The notes beneath the pieces are model-generated. The model saw nothing but the letters and a program-made list of their open reading frames with translations. It was not told the origin of the DNA and did no database searches. A stretch of DNA of 64,000 bases from Eledone cirrhosa. Taxonomy: Eukaryota. Position 1 is the first letter of the stretch, and each line of letters opens with the position of its first letter. Location: positions 59,210,001-59,274,000 of the forward strand of contig OZ024747.1 in NCBI GenBank assembly GCA_964016885.1, written 5' to 3'. Made by a program: the position numbers and the translations under genes. Below, piece after piece: positions 27,130-39,529 of the stretch.

Positions 27130-27830
27130 GTAGTGGTGGTAGTGCTGGTGGTGTTGGTGGTGCTGGTAGTGGTGGTGGTGCTGGTAGTGGTGGTGGTGGT
27201 GGTGGTGGTGGTGGTGGTAGTGGAATTGGTGGTGGTGGTGGTGGTGGTAGTGGTAGTGGCAGTGGTGGTGGTGGTGGTAGTAGTGGTAGTGGAATTGGTG
27301 TTGGTGGTGGTGGTGGAATTGGTGGCGGTGGTGGTATTGGAATTGGTTGAAGTGGTGCCGGAATTAGTGGTGGTTATGGTAGTAGTGGTGGTGGATTTGG
27401 TGGTGTTGGTGGTAGAAGTGGTAGTGGAATTTGTGGTGGTTGTAGTAGTGGTGGTAGTGGAATTTGTGGTGGTGGTCGTCGTAGTGGTAGTGAAATTGGT
27501 TGTGGTTGTGGTAGTGGAATTGCTGGTGGTGGTGGTGGTGTCGTTGATGGTGGTGTTGGTAGTGAAATTGATGGTGGTGTTGGTAGTGGAAATGGTGGTG
27601 GTGGTGGTGGTGGCAGAATTGGTGTTGGAGTTGGTGGTGCGGGTGGTGGTAGAGTAGTGATGGAATTGGTGGTGGTGGTGGTGTAGCTAGTGGTGGTGGA
27701 ATTGGTGGTGGTGTTAGTGGTGTAGGTGTTAGGGGTGGTTGTGATGTAGGCGCTGGTGGTGGTTATGGAGGTGATGATGGTGATATAGGTGGTGGTGGTG
27801 ATGATGGCGATATAGGTGGCGGTGGTGTTT
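27130..27830. repeat. (GGT)n low-complexity tract
   Basis: Direct reading. Confidence 0.95.
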
Positions 27831-27996
27831 GTGTATTCCTGGAGTGGGAGTAGGGGAGGTTCACGAAATCGAAACAAGAAAATGGCAATCGCGACGCCGA
27901 AGAACATTTTGTGGAGGAACTGAGGAATGGAATTTAGTAGGACATTCCCTGGCAGCGTGCCACTATGATAGAGTGACCTAGCACGGTATGCGGGGC

Positions 27997-29671
<1,675 letters not shown>

Positions 29672-29976
29672 TGCGTTTGATTGTGTTTGTATGTGTGTGT
29701 GTCTGTTTGTGTGCATGTATATATATTTTACTTTTACATTTACCGTTCCCAGCACGCATACACATACACGCTGCATACATATAGTTAGTGCGACTGCACT
29801 AACCCATCATGATTCAGAATATATGGAGCTACATATACAATAGGTCTATGTGCAAGAAACAAATATTTGGTCTCGGGAATATGTTAAGCGGCGTGTACAC
29901 ATACACTCACATACACGCACATACACACTCACATACACACCCACACATACGCACGCACAGACATACCCACCACATA

Positions 29977-30046
<70 letters not shown>

Positions 30047-30049
30047 CAT

Positions 30050-30236
30050 AATTATTTCTACTATTGGCACAAGGCCAGCAATTACCCAGTACATTACTGG
30101 TACTTTATTTTATCGACCCCGTAAGGATGAAAGGCAAAGTCAACCTCGGCGGGATTTGAACTCAGATCGTAAAGGGACGTAACTATGCTGGAAAGCATGG
30201 CGTCCGACCCTCTACCGATACTGCCAATCCACCGCA
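30050..30236 (-). mobile_element. S1 SINE, full length
   Basis: Near-identical to 9501-9689. Confidence 0.9.
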
Positions 30237-30299
30237 TTGTACCGGCATTTTGAAACCTATCAGTCATTTATTTCTATTTATCTTCTACATCTAAATCTA

Positions 30300-30334
30300 T
30301 CTTCTGGTGAAGGAATCGTGTCCGAAACGTTAAG
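30300..30334 (+). ncRNA. Minimal hammerhead relic (CUGGUGA core variant)
   Basis: TCTT-CTGGTGA-AGGA(ATCGTG)TCC-GAAAC-GTT|AAGA. Confidence 0.55.
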
Positions 30335-30637
30335 ACTTTTTTCCTGCTATTTCAAGCGTTAAACTAATGAATTTCTCGAATGTACTATATATATATAGAT
30401 AGATAAATTTCTATTTATTTGCCACGAGGGCACAAAAGAAGGGGACATTTACACAGTGGGGGAGTTTACATAAATCGAGTAAAGAAAAAAGGAATAACAA
30501 TAATAATATAACAATAAAAAGTCCTCAAAAGGGAGGAGGCGTGTTGGGGATTGCACATACCCCCGAAAAGTGTGCAACTCTTTTCGCGGGGGAAGCCCAG
30601 AGAGGAGGCGCTCCCCCTTTCTTCTTCACTTCTTCAC

Positions 30638-33600
30638 CTACAGAACAATGTAGAGAGAAGGCCCATTTACACGGGCCATTCTCGCTTCTTTCACCCACCT
30701 TTCATAAGACTGTCTGGGGCCAAGCACTTCTCTCTCCATCCTGATCCTTCTTCCGAAGTGGTATCGGAAGAAGTAAACCAGGTGATGGCCGGAGAGAAAG
30801 TCACCCGACCTCAGACCTTTCAGGCGCGTCCACCACACAACCTCTTTCATCATGGCTATTACGCACAGAAAGACCGCCTCTGCTTCGTTTCTGAAGGGAG
30901 GAGGCGGCTTGATGTTCACCACAGACTCGGCGGTTAATCGAATCGGCGCCACACGCGACAGCAGTCGTTCGACGTAGCCCCACAGATCGGCAACGCCCGG
31001 GCAGTGTACCAGTGCATGCGCAACGGTTTCCTCGTCGCGCACGCATCTGGGACAGATCTTTTTCACGGGATCCCTGCCCGGGCGCCCGTGTCTGTAGAGC
31101 TTTTCTCGAACGGGCAGAGCCCCCCGGTAACACTGCCAGGCTAGGGACCTCTGGAAGTTGTCCATGGGTCCCGGGCCGAAAGTTCTACCGAACAGGCTGG
31201 CCAGTTCGTCCTCCTCCATGCCTAGCGACTCTCCAAGGGTGTCGTCGCCCCTGCTAGCCACCAACCCTCTATAGAATGTCGAGGTGGATTCTCCACTGAC
31301 AGTCGGGTCCGCTTGCCAGATAGCCGTGAGCGCCTGGGCACACTCGGTGTGCCAGTTGCCCAGTTTTCTCGGTCTTTGCTTCACCCAGGATTGCAGTTCG
31401 GTGAGCGAGACGAGCTGTGGGAAGGCTCGCCTCACAAACGGGGCCCACACCGGCTGACCGTTGAGGAATACCTGTAGATGCCGTAGCCTCAATGCGTGCC
31501 TACGCATCAACAGCCACGGCATACCCAGCCCTCCTTTCGAAGGGTGCTGGCAGCAGATGGATCTCCTCACCATGGGAGGCCGCTTCTTCCAGAGGAACTG
31601 GAAGAGCATGCGTTCCATGATGGTGAGCTTTTCCTTGGGGCAAGGCACGACGGTCAGGCGGTAGTAGATGACGGACGCTATGTAAGCGTTCGTCACCTCC
31701 GCCCGACCTTTCAGTGATAGTTTGCACTTGGCCCACTTCTGGGTCAGCGCAAACACCCTGCTCGTCACCTCGCCCCAATTCTTCTCCACCTGGAGGTCCG
31801 GTCCGAACCAGACCCCGAGCAGCTTCACCGGGCCCTCCGTCCACCGCCCGACGACACCGTCTAACGGCATCGGTTTGCCCCTCCACGTTTCGAGTTGCAA
31901 ACCGACTGACTTGTCCTGGTTCAGCTTAGCCCCCGTCAGCCTTTCGTATTCCTCCAGTAGGGTGGCGATCGCCCCGATTTCCGAGGCGTCCGCCACCATT
32001 ACTGTTACGTCGTCGGCATAGGCCGAAACCGCTTTGTGCAATCCCGGTTCCAGGGGTATGCCCCGCAGCAACTCCAACTTCCGCAGCAGTGGCTCGAGAG
32101 TCAATACGTACAGAAGGGAGGAGAGGGGGCACCCCTGTCTGATGGATCGGGTGATTTGAAACGGCTCCGAGAGGTAGCCGTTTACTTTAATCCTAGAGTA
32201 GATGTTGCCACTGTGCATGGCAGAAATCCAGCCCCTGAAAACGGGTCCGAAGCCCGCCGCCGCTAGCACCGCATCCAGGTAACCATGGTCGATCCTATCG
32301 AACGCCTTAGATTGATCCAAGTTGATCAGGGCCCCACCAAAGCCGGGTTCGTAGCCAACCCTCTCTATGATGTATCGCATGAGGTGGAGGTTGTCGTGAA
32401 TGGACCTGGACGGGATAGCGCATGTCTGCGCGTCTCCCACCAAACCACCCACCACAAGCGCCAACCTCTTCGCCAACACCTTGGCCAAAATCTGTAACTC
32501 TGCATTCAGCAGAGTTATGGGCCTAAAGTTACTTAAGTCGTCCCCCTTGCTCTCGTCCTTCCTCACTAGCGTGACCACGCCCTTGGTCACAGAACAGGGA
32601 ATTCTCCCGTTCTGTTGCCAGTTGCAATAGACAGCCTCGAGGAGTTCGGAGAACAAGACCGGCATAGCTAAATAAAGTTCGTATGGTAGACCATCGAGAC
32701 CCGGGGATGTGCGTCTGCTGCATTGGCTGAGCGCTTCCCCGATTTCAGTGGCTGTGATTGGCCTTTCGCAGCACTCCGCTTCGCCGCTCGAAAGACGCGG
32801 TAGACCGTCGAGGTATGGACCGAAGTCCACATCCCCGTCCGGCCCCCCGCCACCTCCGAACAGTCGAGCAAAGTGCCTTTGAAAGGTCTCGCACATTCGC
32901 TCAGGTTCAAGGATCACCCGTCCATCCTGGTCTCGCAAAGACCGAATGGTGGATTTAATCCCACTCTTGGCTTCTGTCACGCGGGCCCAACTAACAGCTT
33001 TGATCCCCTCGTTTCCTAAAGCACGTATTTTACTTCGGACAACGCAGCCTTCGTGCTTCGCGTCAAAGAACTGGCTCAACGCCGTTCTCGTCGCTAACAC
33101 TCTGGCTACGTCTCCGCTCCTAATCGCCTCTTCTAGTTTATCTGTTAAGTCCCTTTCCTTCCTATTTCTATTCGCCGCTAGTTCCTTACTGTAACCTATC
33201 GAACTTACTCTAATCTCTCTCTTTAGAGATACCCACCACCTACTGTTGACGATCGCTCCCGTCAACCGCATCTTAACTAAGCTACTAATCCGGTTTCTGT
33301 AATCTTTCTTTGTCGGTAAGGACAAGTTCATCTTCCAGTAACCGGGACCCTGTCTATGCGTTCTATCAAGGTTGACCACGCAGGTCACTAATTTGTGATC
33401 TGAATAGCCAACCATGATCAGTTCTGGACAACTAAATACGTCCCTATCCTTACTCCTAACCAAAAACCTATCTAGGTACGATCTAGATTGTCCACTGCGG
33501 TTTGCCCAGGTCCAGGTTGGCGCAGTTGGACAATCTAGTCGAAATCTATCGACCAGGTCGAATCGATCGAGTAACCCCTTGAGGCTGCTACACCCCCCTC

Positions 33601-34072
33601 TATCGGGACATGCCCCTGCATAGTCCCAACGCGCATCTAGGATTCCATTCCAGTCCCCCACTAAAAGCAGGGAACGCGACGTTCCTAGAAAAGTCTCCAG
33701 ACGCTGGAAGAAGTCGGCTCTTTCCGCCCCGAAGGGAGCATAAAGACCGACCAGTCTGAAAGCCCCGCCTTCACCGCCTCCGACGTCCAGCACCAGTAAT
33801 CGACCCCCCGGGTCCGAGTGAACAATCTGTACGTCGAGAGTCAGACGTTTATCCAGCAGTACGGCAACTCCCCCCCCCCCCCCGCCTCCGGGTTGACAGA
33901 GAGATGCGTGCATCTCAAAGTCATCGAAGGCGGGCGCCAGCTGTCTCACGCTGCTGATCCGACTCTCGCAAACAACCATCACATCTATACTTTGTGACCT
34001 GAGGTCACTTAGAAGCTTTGCTTGCTTCCAAGCTGAGCCCAGGCCACGCGCGTTCAAACAGCCAACTCTCAA
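30638..34072 (-). CDS. ORF2: APE endonuclease, reverse transcriptase and C-terminal zinc finger (1144 aa, uninterrupted)
   Basis: GCLNARGL, VGDWNG, SYLDRF, YSDH (APE); SPGLDGLP, NFRPITLLN, DQSKAFDRI, RQGCPLS, YADD (RT); CPRC..ETVAHALVHCP (zinc finger). GPGYWKMN is typical of the Tx1/L1 clade. Confidence 0.97.
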   Translation of the reverse strand: MRVGCLNARGLGSAWKQAKLLSDLRSQSIDVMVVCESRISSVRQLAPAFDDFEMHASLCQPGGGGGGGVAVLLDKRLTLDVQIVHSDPGGRLLVLDVGGGEGGAFRLVGLYAPFGAERADFFQRLETFLGTSRSLLLVGDWNGILDARWDYAGACPDRGGCSSLKGLLDRFDLVDRFRLDCPTAPTWTWANRSGQSRSYLDRFLVRSKDRDVFSCPELIMVGYSDHKLVTCVVNLDRTHRQGPGYWKMNLSLPTKKDYRNRISSLVKMRLTGAIVNSRWWVSLKREIRVSSIGYSKELAANRNRKERDLTDKLEEAIRSGDVARVLATRTALSQFFDAKHEGCVVRSKIRALGNEGIKAVSWARVTEAKSGIKSTIRSLRDQDGRVILEPERMCETFQRHFARLFGGGGGPDGDVDFGPYLDGLPRLSSGEAECCERPITATEIGEALSQCSRRTSPGLDGLPYELYLAMPVLFSELLEAVYCNWQQNGRIPCSVTKGVVTLVRKDESKGDDLSNFRPITLLNAELQILAKVLAKRLALVVGGLVGDAQTCAIPSRSIHDNLHLMRYIIERVGYEPGFGGALINLDQSKAFDRIDHGYLDAVLAAAGFGPVFRGWISAMHSGNIYSRIKVNGYLSEPFQITRSIRQGCPLSSLLYVLTLEPLLRKLELLRGIPLEPGLHKAVSAYADDVTVMVADASEIGAIATLLEEYERLTGAKLNQDKSVGLQLETWRGKPMPLDGVVGRWTEGPVKLLGVWFGPDLQVEKNWGEVTSRVFALTQKWAKCKLSLKGRAEVTNAYIASVIYYRLTVVPCPKEKLTIMERMLFQFLWKKRPPMVRRSICCQHPSKGGLGMPWLLMRRHALRLRHLQVFLNGQPVWAPFVRRAFPQLVSLTELQSWVKQRPRKLGNWHTECAQALTAIWQADPTVSGESTSTFYRGLVASRGDDTLGESLGMEEDELASLFGRTFGPGPMDNFQRSLAWQCYRGALPVREKLYRHGRPGRDPVKKICPRCVRDEETVAHALVHCPGVADLWGYVERLLSRVAPIRLTAESVVNIKPPPPFRNEAEAVFLCVIAMMKEVVWWTRLKGLRSGDFLSGHHLVYFFRYHFGRRIRMEREVLGPRQSYERWVKEARMARVNGPSLYIVL

Positions 34073-34077
34073 TTGAT

Positions 34078-35911
34078 CTATTTTGGTGTTGAAAGTGAAG
34101 AAAGAAAAGCACTTACCTCTCCGGGTTGCGTAATTTCCATGGCATCAGGTGTGTTGGGTGGAGGGATGTTTTGTGGTGGTGTGGGGGTACACGTGTGTGG
34201 TGGGGTTGGGGTATTTGGAGTTGTGTCAGGGAGAGGGGCGGTTATGGGGAAATCTTTCAAGAGGACGCGATTCAACGGTTTTAAACAGGGGGGGGGGGGC
34301 TCACGTCCCGTCTAAATTGTTCTTTTAAGGAACGATAAAGGTCCAGAGGGACCTTTATCATTTTTAAATGGGTGAAGTTCTCTGTTGAGATAAAGTTTGG
34401 CCCTTCGGTCTGCACCATAGGGTTATTGTTTATTAATTTAACCAGTTTTTTGTTTTCTTTATTTATATATGTGTATTGCAACGTCTTTTTTTGTGATGCT
34501 GTCAATGTTTCGGAGAGGGGAGGCGCAGATTTATTTTTGTTTGTTGAGGGTGGGGTGTTTTTGATTGGAGTTGGTGTTTGTGTGTGGGTTATTTGTGGTG
34601 TGCTGGGTGTGTGTTTTCTTTTTTTTCTTTTAACTTGTCTGAAGGCTTCTCCTCCTTCTTCTTCAGAAGTTGGGGGAAACTCTTCAGCGCTAGGTGGGAG
34701 GGACGTGTTGTGTGGTTGTTTTTTTTTTGCGGGAGGGGTAGATTTGTTACTGTTTTTTTTATTATTTGTTTGGAATGGGTTTTGTGGTGGTGGTGGTAAT
34801 GTTTGTGTCGTGCTTGTGGTTGGTGATGGTGGTGTTTGTGTTGTGGTTGGTGGTGGTGATTTTTGTGTCGTGCTTGTGTTTGGTGCTGGTGGTGGTGATG
34901 TTTGTGTTGTGTTTGTGGTTGGTGGTGTCTGTATTTTGTTTGCTGTGTGTGGTATTAGTGTATTTTTGGAGGTGGGTGGTGTTGGTGTACTGTTTGTGGT
35001 GGGTGTGGGCAATAGTCCTTTTTGGGGGATACGTTTCGGGCAGTTAGCCTTAACGTGTCCCCTTTCCATGCATAAATAGCATGCTGGTCTTCTCCCCTCT
35101 ACAATTATGTCTATTGGGGTAAGGTCATCCAGCCAGATGCGATCCGGGATTTGTGCTATTCTTTCGGGCCTCATTTGGACTAGTATGTCGAGGCCCATTC
35201 CCAGGAACGCATCTCCAGTTGCCTTCCCCATTGACAGCATTGTGTCTTCGCCCATATCAATGAAGCCAGCAATAGCCCACCAGAAGTCCATTGTGGGCAG
35301 CATTGTTTTTACTTTTACTCTCTGTGTTCTTCTACCCATGTAGGAGGGATAGAAGCTATATGTTGTCGATGAGAGTGGGCTTAAGGAAAGCTTCTCCGCC
35401 GTTTCCTTGTCTCTTGTTAGGACCGAAATGCTGCCATAGAGTCGCTCCTTTCGTATGAAGAGAATATTCTTCATATAGTCTTTTAGGACTAACTCTATTT
35501 CCATTTGGCTGGGCTGTGCTGGCTTTCTTGTCTGGTTCAGTATAGTTCTGTAGAGAACTGTGTTTTCTGCTCTGGCTTTCTTGAATTCTGGGGGGGGAGT
35601 TAATGGAAAACATTCCGTTCTCCCCCAAAACAATGTGTTTCTTTGCTTCGGCCAGTTTTTCTCTGGCGGCAGTTAGGTCAATTGGTGTGTATGTAATGGA
35701 TTGTTTTGTTTTCTGGGCGAAAGTTGCCCTGTTGTTATTTGTATTATTTTCTGTTTGTTTGTTTTCTGTTTGCTCATTTTCCTTAACATTTGTTTTTTCA
35801 TTTTCTTTGTTTGTTTCATTGTCTAATTTTGTTGTAATTATTTTTTGTTCTTCAGACTTGGGGGGGCGTGGCAGAGCTAATGGCAGACATGTCTGCCATC
35901 TTTTCCGCCAT
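34078..35911 (-). CDS. ORF1: gag-like nucleic-acid-binding protein with CCHC zinc knuckle (~610 aa after correcting three homopolymer frameshifts)
   Basis: ATG at 35911 (AGCATGG). CYLCMERGHVKANC = CX2CX4HX4C. Pro/Thr-rich basic tail. Frames join at G7 (35860-35866), G8 (35590-35597) and G12 (34288-34299). Confidence 0.85.
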
Positions 35912-36251
35912 GCTGCCAAGAAAGAAATTTTTCGGCAAAAATAGATATTTATTTTACCCCCTAAAAAGGGGGTAAATGCAAAAATGTTTCCCTAAAAAAC
36001 AGGGGTTAGTGTTCCAAATGTGTTGCACTGAAAAATTTATCCGGTACTTACAATAGTAAGGGTAAATCCCGATGGAATAGCGGAGCCGATGTGAAGCGTG
36101 TCTTACTCTATCAAGATAGATAGATAGATAGATAGATGGATGGATTGTTTAATTGATTTGAAACGAATGAAACAGTTCTAATCCTGCAAAAGACATTTCT
36201 GTCTGAAATATATCATGTACCTTCACTACTTTGAAAACAATATTTAACTCT

Positions 36252-36402
36252 ATGCGCTTTGATGCATAGAGTTACGGCCCTTTCCATTCTGAGTTCAAAT
36301 CCCGCCGAAGTCAACTTTGCCTTTCATCCTTACGAGGTCGATAAAATAAAATACCAGTAATACACTGGTGAATTGCTGGCCTTGTGCCAAAAAGTAGAAA
36401 CA
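36252..36402 (+). mobile_element. 5'-truncated S1 SINE with 13-bp TSD
   Basis: AATATTTAACTCT occurs at ~36239-36251 and ~36403-36415 around SINE sequence. Confidence 0.85.
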
Positions 36403-36714
36403 AATATTTAACTCTGCTTTTACATTTTTCTTAGGGAAAAAAAACATTTTATATACATTTCTGTGTATGTGTGTATGTGTGTGTATATGTATGTGTATGT
36501 TTGTGCATATATATGTGTATGTGTGTATGTGAGTGTATGTGTATTTCTTACATCTACCCACCCTCCTTTATTCTCAATATATCTCCTTCTACTTTAACTT
36601 ACCCCCACCCCACCGCCACCACCCCTCACACCAACTTTCTCTCGTGTTTCTCTCTTCCCATGTTGTCCTCTCTCTCTTTATCACCTACACACATACACAT
36701 ACATACACATACAT

Positions 36715-36750
<36 letters not shown>

Positions 36751-36776
36751 CAGTTTCACTCTCTCTCTCTCTCACT

Positions 36777-36808
<32 letters not shown>

Positions 36809-36904
36809 GTTTATTCCTTCTCTCACTCTTATTCCTCTCTTTCATTTATATTCATACACACACAGACACATACACATAGATACACACACACACGTATATA
36901 TATA

Positions 36905-36948
<44 letters not shown>

Positions 36949-38099
36949 TGTCTGTCTAACACGCTTTTTAAATGAATTACTCCATCACATTACCACACCC
37001 CAGTCCCCCTCTCTCTCCCCTCCCTCTCCCCTCTCTCTCTCTCTCTCTCTCACTATCGTTCTCTCTCTCTTTCTCCCTCCATCTACACCTCCCCCTACGA
37101 CACTATCACACCCAACATTCCACACAACCAGTCAACGTAGCCCGTCCGTCCATTGTGTGCCATGTGCCTCACTGTGTCTCTCTCACTCTCTGTATATGAC
37201 TATATATATATATATGTGTGTGTGTGTGTATGTGTGTGTTTGTGTGTGCTTGCGCATGTCATTGTGTGTGTGTCTGTCCGTATGTGTCATATGTGTGTAT
37301 GCATGTGTTTATGTTTATGTGTGCGTGCGCATGATGTGTGTGTGTGTGTTTGCGTATTTGTTTGTATATATTGTGTGGAGGGGGTATGTGTGCATGCAGA
37401 AGTGTGTGTGTATGTGTGCGTATGTCTGTACGTATGTCTGTGTGTATGTATGCTTATGTGTGCTTGCGCATGTGCGTGTGTGCTTGCGTATTTGTTTACA
37501 TGTATGCGTGTATGTATGTGTGTGGGTGTGGGTGTGGGGTTATATGTGTATGCGTATATGTATATGTGTTTGTGTATTTATTTATATGTCTGTGTGTATT
37601 TGTGTGTGTGTGTGTTTAGGTGTGCGTGCGCATGTGTGTGTATGTGTGCGTATTTGGTTGTATGTCTATATGTATATGTGTGTGTGCGTGTTCATGTGCA
37701 CGTGCGCATGTGTGTGTATGTGTGTGTTTGTATGTGTTTATGTGTCTGCGTGTATTTGTGTGTGTGTGTGTGTGTGTGGAGCTATGCGTTTGTATGCGTG
37801 AGCATTTTTCTCTGCCTTCCCCTCACGCCCCCCCCCCCCCCCTTCCTTTCTGCCTCGTTCTGGCTTTTTATTTTCCTGGGTCGGTGGCATGTTTATGTCA
37901 TATAGAAGGGGGGGGTGAACAATTGGAGGAGGAGGAGGTGTGAATATTGGAGGTGGAGTAGCTGGTGGAGAAGGAGGGGTAGAAGGAGGTGTGAATAGTG
38001 GAGGTGGGGGTGGAAGGGTGTGGTTTGCTGAGTCAGGTTAGGACACATTCCTGGGACACAGCATGGCCATCTGGGATATCATCAATATATTTTAAAACA

Positions 38100-39440
38100 T
38101 TACCATCAATACCATCGCCACCATCACCTACACACACCACCTCCCCCTACAACACCACCACCACCACCATCACCACAAACATCACCATCACCTACACCAC
38201 AGCCACCACCTCCACCACCACCTATACCATCACCACCACCACCATCACCACCACCACCATCACTACCATTACCACAGCCACCACATACACCACAGCCACC
38301 ACCTACACCACCACCACCTCCACCACCACCACCACCATCACCACCACCACCTACACCACCACCTACACCACCACCACCACCTACACCACCACCTACACCA
38401 CCAGCTATACCATCACCATAACCGTCACCTTCACCGCATACATCAACACCAATATCATCACTATCACCACAGCCCACACCACCATCAGCAACATCACCAT
38501 CACTACTATCACCACTACCACAACCATCAGTACCACCATCACAACCATCACTACCACCACCACAACCATCACTACAACCACCACAACCACCATCACAACC
38601 ACCACCACTGCCACCACCACAACCATCGTTGCCACCACCACAACCATCACTACCACCACCACAACCATCACTACCACCACCACAACCATCACTACCACCA
38701 CCACAACCATCACTACAACCACCACTACCACCACCTCAACCATCACTACAACCACCACCACCACTACCACCACCGCAACCATCACTACAACCACCACCAC
38801 CACCATCACAACCATCACTACCACCATCAGAACCATCACTACCACCACCACAACCATCACTACAACCACCACCACCACCATCACAACCATCACTACCACC
38901 ATCAGAACCACCATTACAACCACCACCACCACTACCACCACCACAACCATCACTACCACCATCAGAACCATCACTACCACCATCAGAACCATCACCACCA
39001 TCACCACAACCACCACCTTCACCATATACATCAACACCAATATGATCACCACCACAACAACAAACATCACCACTACCACTATCACCACAAACACTAACAC
39101 CACCAATACCATCGCCACCATCGTCACAACAACCAGCACCACCATCACTACCCAACCAACAGCAACGCCACCATCACCACAACTACTATCACCACCACCA
39201 CCATCACTATCACCAATCAACGCCACCACTACCGCCGCCACCACCACCACCACCACCATTACCACTATCACCACTACCATTATCTGCCATCCCCACCACC
39301 ACCACTATCACCATCACCACCACCAGCAACATCACAACAATAGATGTAACACCACCACCACCACCACCACCACCACCATCGTAACTAACAGCCCTACAAC
39401 TGTAGCATTACCTACACCACCCCTACCACCACCATAACTA
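38100..39440. repeat. (ACC)n-rich low-complexity tract (Thr-rich pseudo-ORF)
   Basis: Direct reading. Confidence 0.9.
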
Positions 39441-39529
39441 TCAGACCAACACCAACAGCAACATCAACAATAACAATATCACTTCGAGAACTGTAATTCC
39501 GATACAACCACCAACAGAGTCCCAGACAA

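Larger units (their letters stand above)
30407..36113 (-). mobile_element. Full-length Tx1/L1-clade non-LTR retrotransposon (family A) in a (TATC)n site
   Basis: 5' UTR, ORF1, ORF2, and 3' UTR ending GCCCTCGTGGCAAATAAATAGAAAT. AGATAGATA on both flanks (30397-30405 and 36114-36122). Confidence 0.93.

Noticed and set aside
34372-35079. 235-aa antisense ORF in the LINE
   Set aside because: Shadow of the Pro/Thr-rich ORF1 region with low-complexity composition.
37998-39437. 479-aa Thr-rich mucin-like ORF
   Set aside because: (ACC)n low complexity, non-ATG start and no domain.
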